A stretch of DNA of 62,972 nucleotides, filler included, from Pelomyxa schiedti (lineage: Eukaryota > Protista > Evosea): assembly GCA_020536535.1 (NCBI GenBank). It is 13 parts of 13 records of this genome, joined end to end, with 100 filler letters (N's around TTAATTAATTAA, not from the genome) between each part and the next. Parts side by side here need not be neighbours in the genome. Positions count along the whole stretch, not along the records: positions 31,799 to 43,431 come from JAHLWZ010000229.1; positions 43,532 to 48,161 come from JAHLWZ010000049.1; 11 more parts are not named here. One strand, written 5' to 3'. Both the position numbers and the translations under genes were made by a program. The notes beneath the pieces are model-generated. The model was not told the origin of the DNA. It was given only the letters and a program-made list of their open reading frames with translations, and did no database searches. Below are positions 33,908 to 44,973 of this stretch, piece by piece; position 1 is the first letter of the stretch; every line of letters starts with the position of its first letter.

Positions 33908-36070
33908 TGATGCTCAGCACTATCTTTCCTTTTTTCGCGAATGTGAAGCAAGAACAAGAAAACAAAAAAACACGAGACACCAGCACTGTACTGTTACCAA
34001 CCACAACGATACACCGTGCCAAGACAGCAGCAGCAGTGACGAGGAAACTCCAAGCGGAGTTGGATACGGAACGACATATGAAACTGCTAACTGGAGGTAT
34101 TGGGGGGGAGAGAGGGGAGAGAGGAGAGAGGGGGGGGGGGTCCCCTCTCTCTCCCTCCCCCCCCCCTCCCCCTCCCACACCTCCCCCTCCCGGTAGTAAC
34201 TTTGACACCTCCGCAATTTCTTTTTTTTCCCCCTGTCCCTCTGATAAAACTATGGGGCAGCAGCGCTGAGACTGCAAAGGCAGTATGACAAGGGAAAAAA
34301 AGCACCGGCAGTTCAAAGAACAACATCAAGGTACGGGCTCCACCTGAGCACCACAAAACTATTCGGTCAGGTTGCTAACTACCAACAAGAGGCGTTGGTG
34401 TTGCACGCACGCAAACCGCAACTACTACTACTACTAGTTACACAAACCACTTGCACGAGCCCCACTCACAACAAGAGCGAACTTGGAACCAAGCCAACAG
34501 CGCAATGCACGGAAAGCATGGGCCGCCAAGAGTATACTATCTTTTCAGATTCTAATCTAATGATAACCAGAATGATGAGGCGGTTGTACATCACCCATCC
34601 CCAAGAAACTTCGTACGAAGATACAAGTCTTGTGTGCTTAATGTAAATTGAGGTTTCCTGACTATATACAGGTCACAACTGAGCAGCAACCTGTACAATT
34701 TCTCTTGCGGTCTCAGTGTTAATGGTGCATTGGAAGTTATCAAGCGGTCTGAAAATATTATGAAATACTGGAACTTCCAGTATTATTCAAAAGCTGAGGG
34801 TCTGGTTTCACTGTTTATATGTAAGGCTTGTCTTTTAAAATACTTTCTGTTAACATACCATAGCGCCGATAATGCTGAAGAGGAGCGAGGTGAATTAAAT
34901 GCCTTTCTTGTTGGTGTCTGCTATCAGCAGGAAATCTCTCTGCCCCCAATATACTTTGTCACATCACACCCACAAATTGTGCTTTTCCTACCCTCCCAGT
35001 AAGTATCCATACTTGAGAATATTTCTTTCGAACTAACATGGCAAAGGTAACAGTTCTTAAAAGCAACTCTCCTTTAATGGCAAATGTTTTTGAGCTTTTC
35101 CACACTCGTAGGTGAGAAGCAATATGGCTTTGAAGAATGTATGTTCACTACAACCATTACCACTACTAAACTGACCAGGTTACATGAGGAACACAATGGC
35201 CACAGGGCAGTATGCAGACTTTGGTATGTGAAAAGCAAAATACAACCCCACTGCAAAACCTGGCATTAACTTTTAAAAGTTCCTGGTATCCCTGTGCTCG
35301 AGTTTGCCTAGAGCCACCAAGCCAGACACATCACTTTCCTGTGTTCGACTTGGTGATTTCCAACAATGCATATCTTGTGCTGTGACACAAGTTCTTTATG
35401 TTACAACCAAATTGCACCCCAAGGCACGGAAACCCACATTTCCAACCAAACTTTACACAACCAGGCTTTCTGGTACTGATGCACAACCCATAATTCTGGT
35501 GGGGAAAAAAAAAGGAGGTTCTTAAGGTAAAAACTGGTAAAGCAAACTGGGCTCCCCCCAAATGGGTTTCAACTACATTGCATTGAAGAGATGTAAGACC
35601 TCTTTTGGCTTTCCAACAATGACTCAATGACTCTTGACCTTATTTGGCTACAAAAACACAACAAATTGGGTTCAGAGTTTTTATTAAATGTTTTTGGAGA
35701 AAATCTGGTAAGGTGTGGTACCATACAGTGTGTGACAAAGTTGAGGAAGAGAAAGCTTTGTGGAGAGGGAACAGCAGGTGATGGGTGGGGCTGTGGCGTG
35801 TGCACAGGGTACAACTGGGTGTGAGAGACAGGCAATGTGGTTGTGCCACCTGGCTGTGCTTTTGGGTCCAAAAGTGAAAAGGGACCATCCACTGTGACGC
35901 GCTTTGGCTGGAAAGCGGAGCCAATACGTGAGGGCAGACCACAACGCAAAGGTGCAAAGAACCAGCAGGACCAGGCTGGAACCGTGGGTCAACCACGCAG
36001 CGGCTGGCACCCTCCGCAGAGCCACGGGGCAGGGTCCTCCGGGGTTGAAATCCAGCTTCGACCAGACGCT

Positions 36071-37375
36071 GCGTCGAGGTCAGTGGACACTGGTGGGACG
36101 CCGGGGGGTGAGGGGACCACTCCGGGTGGTGATACTGAGGATGTAATTGTGGGAGGGGCTATGGAACGATTGTGGACACTCAACCTTAAAGGTACCAAAA
36201 TTCCCGGCCTAAGTAATCTGTTATTTGGTTATTTGCACAGGTGCATTAGTTAACTAATTTATAACTACGAATGTATTCGTATTGCTAAGGGAATGCTGAG
36301 GGACTGGATACCACATTACAAACGTGGCACTACATAACAACGTTTTGTACACTGGCTCGTATGGCCACCTGTATGCAATCAATCCCGTTTCTGGGGCCAT
36401 TTTGTGGGAACAGACACCAAAAGGTTTTTGAAACTATGTCAAAAAGTGTGCTCTAATATCTGTTCAGGTCACACACATAGCGGAGGAATGAACATTCAGT
36501 TCACTGAGAATAATCAACTTATTCTAGGCAGTGAGGGATATGTCTCCTGCTTTGCCTGCAATGATGGACAAGTAATACTCAAGCTCCATTTATGACAGTG
36601 CGATATTAACACACACAAGGAATTATGGAAAACCAGTCTTCCAAACACAATGTATTGGGGCGTAAATATTGTCATTCAGAGTGATGCAATATATGTTGGA
36701 ACATACTCACGAGTATTCGGCTTGAGACTTGATGGTACAATCATGTGGTCTGCGGACTTGTCCAGGATGAGATTCCTTGCTCCTGTACATCTGTTTTCTC
36801 TCTTTTACTACCAGTGACCGTAAAAGGTGGTTCTTTCTTGGGTGAAGGGGCATAGCTCTTCCGAAGACTTACTACTTGTTGGTATGATAAACTTGGATTT
36901 ATGAGTGAAATAAATTCAAAGATGTCTAGGGGGACTTGGATTTGTGTTCACATTAAGACCTTCGACAGGCGAAGTATAACTAAAATTATATTCATATCAA
37001 TACCAAACTTACCAAAACAAGATCATAAAAGAAACCTCTCTGAAAGGAACTGGGTACAATATCATGACACTTTTATTGGATGAGACTGTTACACCACCAG
37101 ATTCCGCATATCTATGTAACACCCAATGAAATATTACTCTGTAATAACTTTTCTTGAAGGTACTTTAGGTCACCTGTACTGCTGCCATCCTGTTACCCAC
37201 GAAATTAAGTGGCAGAATGAACTAAAAGGTTAACATTTCTTCAAACAGGTAAACACTAAGCATACAAACAGGTTTTGGGCACCCTGATGGTTGCTCTATT
37301 GGCCTGCCGGTTCAAGTGGGCCACAATTTGTTTTGGCTCGTTTGGTTCGGACCCATTTTTGGGTGTGGACGTTGA
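36071..37375 (+). pseudogene. PQQ-like beta-propeller gene, copy 2 (native 5' end replaced, 3' exons present)
   Basis: Duplicate of 32732-33692, continuing SLKGTGYNIMTLLL and GTLGHLYCCHPVTHEIKWQNELKG; lacks the MATVSS start exon. Confidence 0.55.
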
Positions 37376-37625
37376 TATTTATGGGAGGAGCTTTTATTAA
37401 GCTGGGAAACCCCCATAAATACCATAGATTTTCTAACTGGCTTTTAGAAAAAGAAAAAATTTAGCCAACAGAATCGGTCTATTGGTGCTGTGGTGCTGGG
37501 TGGTGCCCCAGAATGGCGCTTCAGGGTGGTGGGAGGTTGTACAGTGTTCTGGTTATTCTTTGTGCTGGAATGACACCCAAGACCTAAAAACGAGTGAGTC
37601 ATTGGGCACAGAACCTGATGTACCT

Positions 37626-39193
37626 TCACATGTCTAGCTTCAAGCAATGCCAGTACCAGGCAAACATCATAGTGAGAGATATTCGTTTTTGACCCATATT
37701 TATATCATACTCCAAATCATCAGAGTTCCTGTTATGGCGGAGCCAGCACTTTAATGTTCTCCACACCTTTTTGTGATTTGTTTCATAATTTAAAAGGGGT
37801 GGAGGGGGTACTTGTTCACAGGGGTTTAACTCCGGACTGTAAGCTGGTAGATAAATGACAGTGATACTATGATCTCGGTAAAACTGTTCTCTCTCTGCGT
37901 GAGAGTCTTTTGCAGAATGTATTCTTGCATTGTCTAAAATAAGAATGTCACCTAATACATGAGCAACAAATAAAAAAAACAACCAAGAACCGTTTTGCAA
38001 AGCATCCACCTGATAAAAGTAGTACAAAGCATCCAAAAAAGAATATTGATTGTTAATCTCCTCAGTGATTAATAGATAGACAGGAGGTCTCTGGGAATCA
38101 ATATTTGTCAGTCCAGTAACTTTTAATGTTTCCGATATATCTATTGAGGTTTGTTACTAGCGGAAATCACAATACAATAGATTTACAACTTGATGTACTA
38201 GTGTGAGCTATAGGCTGGTTAGCAGGACCTAAAATTCGTGTTCTTCTACAATCTGCTGAGTCAAAGCTGGCTTCATCTAAGTCATGTGAAATAAAATAGA
38301 AGAAGAAAGTTCACACACCCAAGAAGTGGAGCTTGTGCCATGGCAGATACTGAACACCAACTATATAATCTTCTATTTGCCAAGTTAAAACGAGGAGGAG
38401 ATAGTGTGAGTACCATAGTGAAGCAGATTTGAAATAGTAAACTTCTGCAACTGGTTGATCTGCCACGCCTTGATATGCATTAGGATGGTGTTTTCGAAAA
38501 ACCTCATACTCGATGAAAGGTCCAGTGCCATTTTTTGAGAATGTTCTGTATCATACTGCGTTTTACATCAAGATGCAAAGCAGCATTTGTGTCAGCCACA
38601 AGTTCATCAAGTGTGCACCACGGAAATTCATCCACATAGAACCAAATAAACCTCTTTATGGTTAACATGATTCCTGGAGAGTGGTCACATAAAATCGAAG
38701 ACATGTATTCACTTTCCATTGCTGTACTTCTGATAGCGAGCTCCACCGTGGCTCTGTGGATGGTATTTCACATAATGCTTCCAGTATCTGTGATGAAGAT
38801 GAGAGGTAGATTCTGTGTTCTGTGATGTACCTCACTTTCTTCCGACTCCAGTGAAAGTGTTCCATCACCCATGAGGTGGGTTTTGGAATGCTTCCAATGT
38901 GTTTCTTCAACTGTCTGGTTTCCCCAATTCGCCTCTGATCAGATCTGAAAGAAAATTGATGAGCGGTACTGCCGTTATGAGGAGGTATTGTGCAGGTGTG
39001 CTGAGATCCCAGCGTGATGTGCAGTGAGGCCTCTGCAACATCTGGGGGAACACAACCCACACAGTCTCGGCAACAGTGACAAACAAAGACACCACAAGTG
39101 TGACTGGACACCTTGGGACAAAATGTGGGTTTTGGTGGTGAGTTGCGAATGTGTGGAACTAAGCAGTGAGTACATTGTCCTCTCATGTGGCAT
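37626..39193 (-). mobile_element. IS630/Tc1-mariner superfamily DDE transposase (DD38E), intron-rich
   Basis: Spliced motifs HGGARYQK, HTH WCTLDELV..IQNILKKWHWT, HFLDEASF, GDILILDNARIH and YLPAYSPELNPCEQVW. 38 residues separate the second D from the E. Introns include 37767-37811 and 37952-37990. Confidence 0.9.
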
Positions 39194-39294
39194 TCCAGTT
39201 TGATGGGGTGTTTTGGTTGATTTTTTTGAATACCCAGTTGCTGTTCATGGTCGCTTTTGTTGATTTTCTTTTGTTCCCGAAAAAAAACCAAAAA

Positions 39295-41636
39295 ATGAGA
39301 AGCAACACACCAAAGTACTGTGCACCGAAAGCAACTATACTCTCCAGGGAAGAGGAGTGGACCACAACACAGTTCCCATCAGATCTTTTTCTGTCTCTTC
39401 CCATAAAGGCAGACTTTCAAGGTTTTTCTAATTCACATTGCGCTGTATAACCCACCAAAAAAAGAGCCATATGATGCATGTCGGACATGCCATGCACCTA
39501 CCCGGACAATGCGAGTCAAGGAGAAAATCGGTCGCAAGGAGTTACATGAAGAAGGTTATGAATTGCATGCCCATAGAAGAGGTGTCAAAGGACACCTTTT
39601 CCAGGGAAAATTCTATGCATGCCGCAAATGTATGCTATCACTTCTATATTTTTATCAAAGTGTGCATAGGTGTGGATTTTCGGACCTGCTATTGTAGGTT
39701 AAAGGAATCTGTAATTCATCGAGATCAAGTGGCTGCAACAGAACATGCTGTATTTTTGAGTTCACATTTAACAAAGTTAATTAGTTACAGTTGAATACTG
39801 AAAACCAAAGGAGATTAACTAATTGGCAGGCTGAGAATGCTGGTAAACTACGAAAAAAGGTATTCTTTTTTTTTTTTCCCCAGTTTCGTGTTAGAAACCC
39901 CACAAAATCAGAATGTTGATAAGCCAGCAGTGAACCCACATACTCATACTTTTACCCCACTGGAGAATCGGGAGCAAATTAAAGGATTAGCATTAAAAAG
40001 AATGCATTCTCACCCATCTTCATTCAGTCGCAGGACAGAACCACGTGTGTTAGCCTTATTTATAAGCCTCAGTTCCTAAAAACTGGAAGAAAAAGACCAA
40101 GCACAACAAGACTGCTTTGAATTACCTGATTTTGAAGAGTCTGGGGACTTCACAGAGTCATATAGTATCGTTTTTTTTACTTTGCTTCACTTGACTTGTC
40201 CTTTAGGGACTCCTTCTTCAACACAATATAACCTTTTTGCTGCTCAAGCCGAATTTATTGCGATATGTGACAAGCATGAGGTTACTCCAGTTGCGGTATT
40301 GAATGAACTTAATAAGTTCTTCAAACCTCAGGCTGCTATTGCAAGTAAACCTGGAGTAATGGAGAATGGACTGATGTTATCTAGGTGATACACCCTTGAC
40401 TTCAAATACAACTACTCCAACTTCTGTGCTTGTTCCACCAATCAGTATCCTCTCATCACATTTTACTCTTTTAACACCTTTTGTAGGTGACAGCAAGGCA
40501 GTCTCTGCATCAAATACCGATGTAGATGACCTTATACCCTCCCCAGGTGCTAAGTCTATTGCCACCGATCCTGGTTCAAGATCAGATGTTGACTCACTTT
40601 CAGAGTTTATACCTCCACTCTCCCACAAAAGCAAGATTGCAATCAACGATCCAGGCAGTGACCAGGACACAGATCAACATAGTGACAGTGCCTGGAGGAG
40701 TAATGGGGAGAGCGACAGCTTAAGTGATAGTTACTACAGAACAGACAAATCTAGACACAAACCAAGCATCCCCGGCAAAGCTAGAGTGTCACTCCTTAAA
40801 TCCAATCTCACTGGCACTGACAGTGGGTCAGAGATACCCACAACCAAAGAGAGGTACACACAGCAAGGAAGAGGTAAAGAGCGAGATGAGTATGAGGGCA
40901 CAGATGACCATCAAGATGATGCTGATGTGGAAATAGTGGGCACAAACGATCATGTGCAAAAACTTGTCAACAATGGTATTTTTTTTATTTCTTATGTCTT
41001 ATTTATCAGCAACAGATCAAGAGGCAAGCTTCTTTGGAAACTGTTTAGTGCATCAAACAACAGAGGCAGCAGGAGCTTCTTCAGGTGCACCTTTGGCTTG
41101 TACAAGTACAAAAAGGCCCCAAGACTCTTCTCTTCCTACTCAAGATCCCCTTGCCGCACAACAGTATTCAGTAATTCCCCCAGATTCAGTGAGTCTTCCA
41201 CCCTCAACACCCTCAAGACAGATGCAGCAACCTCAGGTTCCCCCCACAAAAACCCATTCTGCCACTACAATGCAACCCCCCATACAACAGCCAGAGCTAC
41301 AAGAAGTCAGGAAACGACTCAGTGCTGCTGTGGCAAAGAACCCAAAGGGACCAAACCTCCGTGAGAGATGCCCAACACAAGAGAAGCGCAGAAGACAAGT
41401 CATCCAAAAAAGTACCTGATGATTGAAGTCTTTTGCTATTTTTCTTTCTTGTGGTGTATTGGCAGGCATACTGAGGGTGTCGGAGCTGAGATCTGTTGGC
41501 GACTCGAGCTCACGAATCCACAGTTGCAAGGGAACAAAAAAAAGGAAAAAACCTTTGGTGCGGAGGGGCACGTCTACGGCTGCGGCTACGGCTGCGGCTG
41601 CGGCGACGGCGACGGCTGCGGCGACGGCGAGGGCTG

Positions 41637-41670
<34 letters not shown>

Positions 41671-41848
41671 TGCGGCGACGGCGACGGCGAGGGCTGCGGC
41701 GGCGACGGCTGCGGCGACGGCGACGGCGAGGGCTGCGGCGACGGCGACGGCGACGGCTACGGCTGCGGCTACGGCGACGGCGACGGCTGCGGCTACGGCT
41801 ACGGCTACGGCTACGGCGACGGCGACGGCTGCGGCTGCAGCTACGTGA
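39295..41848 (+). CDS. Multi-exon hypothetical protein: N-terminal Cys-rich Zn-ribbon-like region, S/D/Q-rich middle, Ala-Thr repeat tail
   Basis: ATG at 39295. Spliced CRTC...CRKC..CYC. The last intron (about 41412-41465) places the hexamer array in the A/T frame, with a stop at 41848. The internal exon chain is not fully resolved. Confidence 0.5.
41575..41845. repeat. GGCGAC/GGCTAC/GGCTGC hexamer minisatellite
   Basis: About 45 hexamer units; long stop-free frames on both strands. Confidence 0.97.
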
Positions 41849-43585
41849 GAGCGGCAACCCCAACACAATTTGTTATGCCCATCTACAATGACTATGCGAC
41901 AATGTGTGCTTGGCCGGTCAACTCTACACAACTCAGTCACGTAGTAAGTGATCAAGTGGGAACTTTGTCTTTGTGGCTATTCCACTCTACTGCAGGTCCT
42001 GGTGGAGAAGGCATCCTTCCGTCTTACCATTTGTATTTTCCCAACTCATGCGAAGGTACTCTGATGTTTGATTGGACACCCAGCTTGGTTTTTGGTATTG
42101 CTACTCAGGTCTGCCTCTCTATTTTGTTTCTATTTGGTAATCCCTTGATGTAGTACCTTGACCTATGGTAAAGATTTTCTTTTGTATTAGACCCAGTCAC
42201 AGGTTGCAGCAGGACCTCCCGTCAGGGAATCTAAGGTATTGACATTTCTTTTCACATTTGTTCTTCATTCTCATCTGTGGACAGAGGTGTTGAGCCTAAT
42301 GTTGAACTTATCTACAGTATACTGTACCGAACTTAGGTATATTTCCCCCCATTTTGTATTCGGAAATTGAAGGAAACCCCAGAGCCAACTAGAAGGAGAA
42401 TGCCTTTACTGCCACAAGAGCCATTTGCCAGCCAAAGAGAGTGGTACTCTTTTTTGCACTTTTTTTCCCCATGTTGTGAGATAGGACCACCATGCCCACA
42501 GCTACACTGATGGAGATGGTGATGCTGACTACTGCTGCTTGCTATGGTTACTGCTACTCCTACGGCTATGGCTATTGCTATTGCTAATGCCTAGCATGAA
42601 GGTGGGAATGTTATAGTGGCAGCCAAGTGTTGGAAGGAATGTTTGTGGCCCTGGTTATTGTGACAGGCACCCACTGCCGCCCTGTGCCGCTTTGCTCTGA
42701 GCAATAGCACCGTGGGTGAGTGGCAAGATGTTTGGGGAACCTCCATCACGTTTATGTGGTGAGTCCCTTGATGGTGCAGGTGGGTGCTCTGACCCCAAGT
42801 GTTAGCCACTTATCCCCTTTCATACCTATGGCGTAGCCTTTGTACCTTCCCACTTAAATTTGTAGTTGGAGGCTGTGATGTCCATGATGGCAAACACTGG
42901 CAAGCTATTGTGATTCTCAGCACTGACAGGCATGAGCTTCCCTCCATTTGTACTTTGTTCCCACAACAACCAAGTGCAACAAGATGTTCTCTTCTCTCAT
43001 ATGGCTGCTGCGCCATGGCCATTCCACAATTAACCAGATTAGCCAGTAGTACTTCAGTCTTTATTGTATTTTTCACAAGTCATTGCCCAGGTCTGCTGAG
43101 AGAGGTTCTACTCATTGGTGGACTCCAGCCATTTTGAGGTTTGCATTTGCACGATTACTCAGGTCTGTGTTTCGATTCCAGTTTTATATGTAACTGGTAG
43201 TAGTACCATTAGGCCAGAAACTTTCACTGTACCCAAGGTGTGCTTCTTTGAAAGGGATTTGCCACAACACGATGATGAAGTAAAATCTTCACATTTTCTG
43301 CCAAGAGACAATAACATTAGGTACTACCAAAATCCCCACTTCCCCATCTTATCCCTACTAGTTTCCTGATTGCACACCTTTGTCAAGCAACACTCAACAA
43401 ACACTCTTTTTGTGTTTGCAGTAGTGCCAAANNNNNNNNNNNNNNNNNNNNNNNNNNNNNNNNNNNNNNNNNNNNTTAATTAATTAANNNNNNNNNNNNN
43501 NNNNNNNNNNNNNNNNNNNNNNNNNNNNNNNACTTTGTTACATTCATGCATTTACTCCTCAAAGCAGTGCACTCCTTCACTTGCG

Positions 43586-44889
43586 CTAGAACACTCTGGA
43601 AACAAGGAACCCAAAAACTGGTGTGATCCTTAGGATGATAGTGCCTGATGCAGCATCAACAACCTCAACATCTTTTAGTCTCAATTGCCTCACCACCATT
43701 CCATGCCCAAAATGTACCGTGTCAAAATGCCCCACCATGTGTGTACAACACAGACGCGTTGGATCCCTCACACTGAACACCTGCATGACATTCCCATCAG
43801 ACACAGATTGGCCACGGGTTGCAAAGTATTCTCCACCCACAGGCTGTGCCATCCTTCCTTTTACAGTGGATGCAATCCTCTGTCCAGTTGTCAAGCAGAA
43901 CAAGGATCCTTCTCTCTTGACTGTTCCATAGGTCATGCCTCTCCAGCACCACATGTCCACGATGCTGCGCCCCCTCTTGAAACGTGAAGTGTAGGTTGCA
44001 CTCCCAATCAGCCTTCTCTGTGACACCGTGGCCTCCAGGTCAACAACCATCACGTCGCCCTGAGCTGTGCCCTGCGCGATCACAAGCGAGCAGTCGCCGT
44101 CAAAGGCCATGTTTTCCACCCTCCAAGGCAGGGAAATATCTGGCGCACAGGTAACTTCACCACGTTCAATGGAATCGAAGTTCCACAGNNNNNNNNNNNN
44201 NNNNNNNNNNNNNNNNNNNNNNNNNNNNNNNNNNNNNNNNNNNNNNNNNNNNNNNNNNNNNNNNNNNNNNNNNNNNNNNNNNNNNNNNTCCAAGGCAGGG
44301 AAATATCTGGCGCACAGGTAACTTCACCACGTTCAATGGAATCGAAGTTCCACAGTGTCATTGCCAGTTCCAACCTCACCGGGAACGCAACGGCCCACCT
44401 CCTGCAGATGCAGAACTTGTAGGTGTGTGGGTCAGAGAGCCTCGCAACGCACGCATCACTTCTTTCAGTGTCAAGTACCACCATCCGGCAATCTGAAGAC
44501 ACCGACATCGCAGCGAACCTGGTCCCGGTCGACTCAGGGCCAACCCACCCGTGGAATTCCCTCCTCCCGTCGCACAGCGTCTCCACGGAAAACGGAGTTC
44601 CCACGATCCCAAGGGTCGGAGACACTGCGAATGAGAAGTAACTATGGGGCGGCACAAACGCGCCAGTGGTGCGCACCAAGTCGATCACGACTTGGACTGC
44701 GCCGTCGGCTGAGCGGCTGGGGGCCGCGACCCACTCGCGGCCGAGCTGGGACAGCAGCGGGGGCGTGAGCGTGGACACTGGGCTGCTCCCGCCGCACCGT
44801 CCCACAATGACGCCCGCGCCGAGGGTGATGAATTGGCTCCTCGCCGAGATGTGGTGGTGAATGACAACAGTGTTTGGGTGCATCATCAC
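43586..44889 (-). CDS. Intronless lineage-expanded family protein (single gene split by gap artefact)
   Basis: ARSQFITLGAGVIVGRCG..TLTPPLLSQLGREWV..FAVSPTLG followed by a beta-rich C-terminus. Sequence 44123-44188 is repeated after the gap (44289-44355), so the gap is an overlap. Confidence 0.75.
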
Positions 44890-44973
44890 TACTGATGATT
44901 CTTTCTATGTCGCAGTTGTTGAGGTTGATCAACCTCCCTTCCCGGGTTTTATTATGCCAAGCAAAAGTTGACC

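Noticed and set aside
39660-39750. Bona fide Fanzor/TnpB call from IHRDQVAA
   Set aside because: The motif is near the N-terminus and no RuvC-I or RuvC-II motifs are visible; kept only as a hypothesis.
41233-41955. Poly-Arg, RS-repeat and Ala-Val ORFs
   Set aside because: Alternative frames of the hexamer minisatellite.
44123-44355. Direct repeat flanking the N gap
   Set aside because: Exact overlap on either side of a 100-N gap; scaffolding artefact that splits one ORF.
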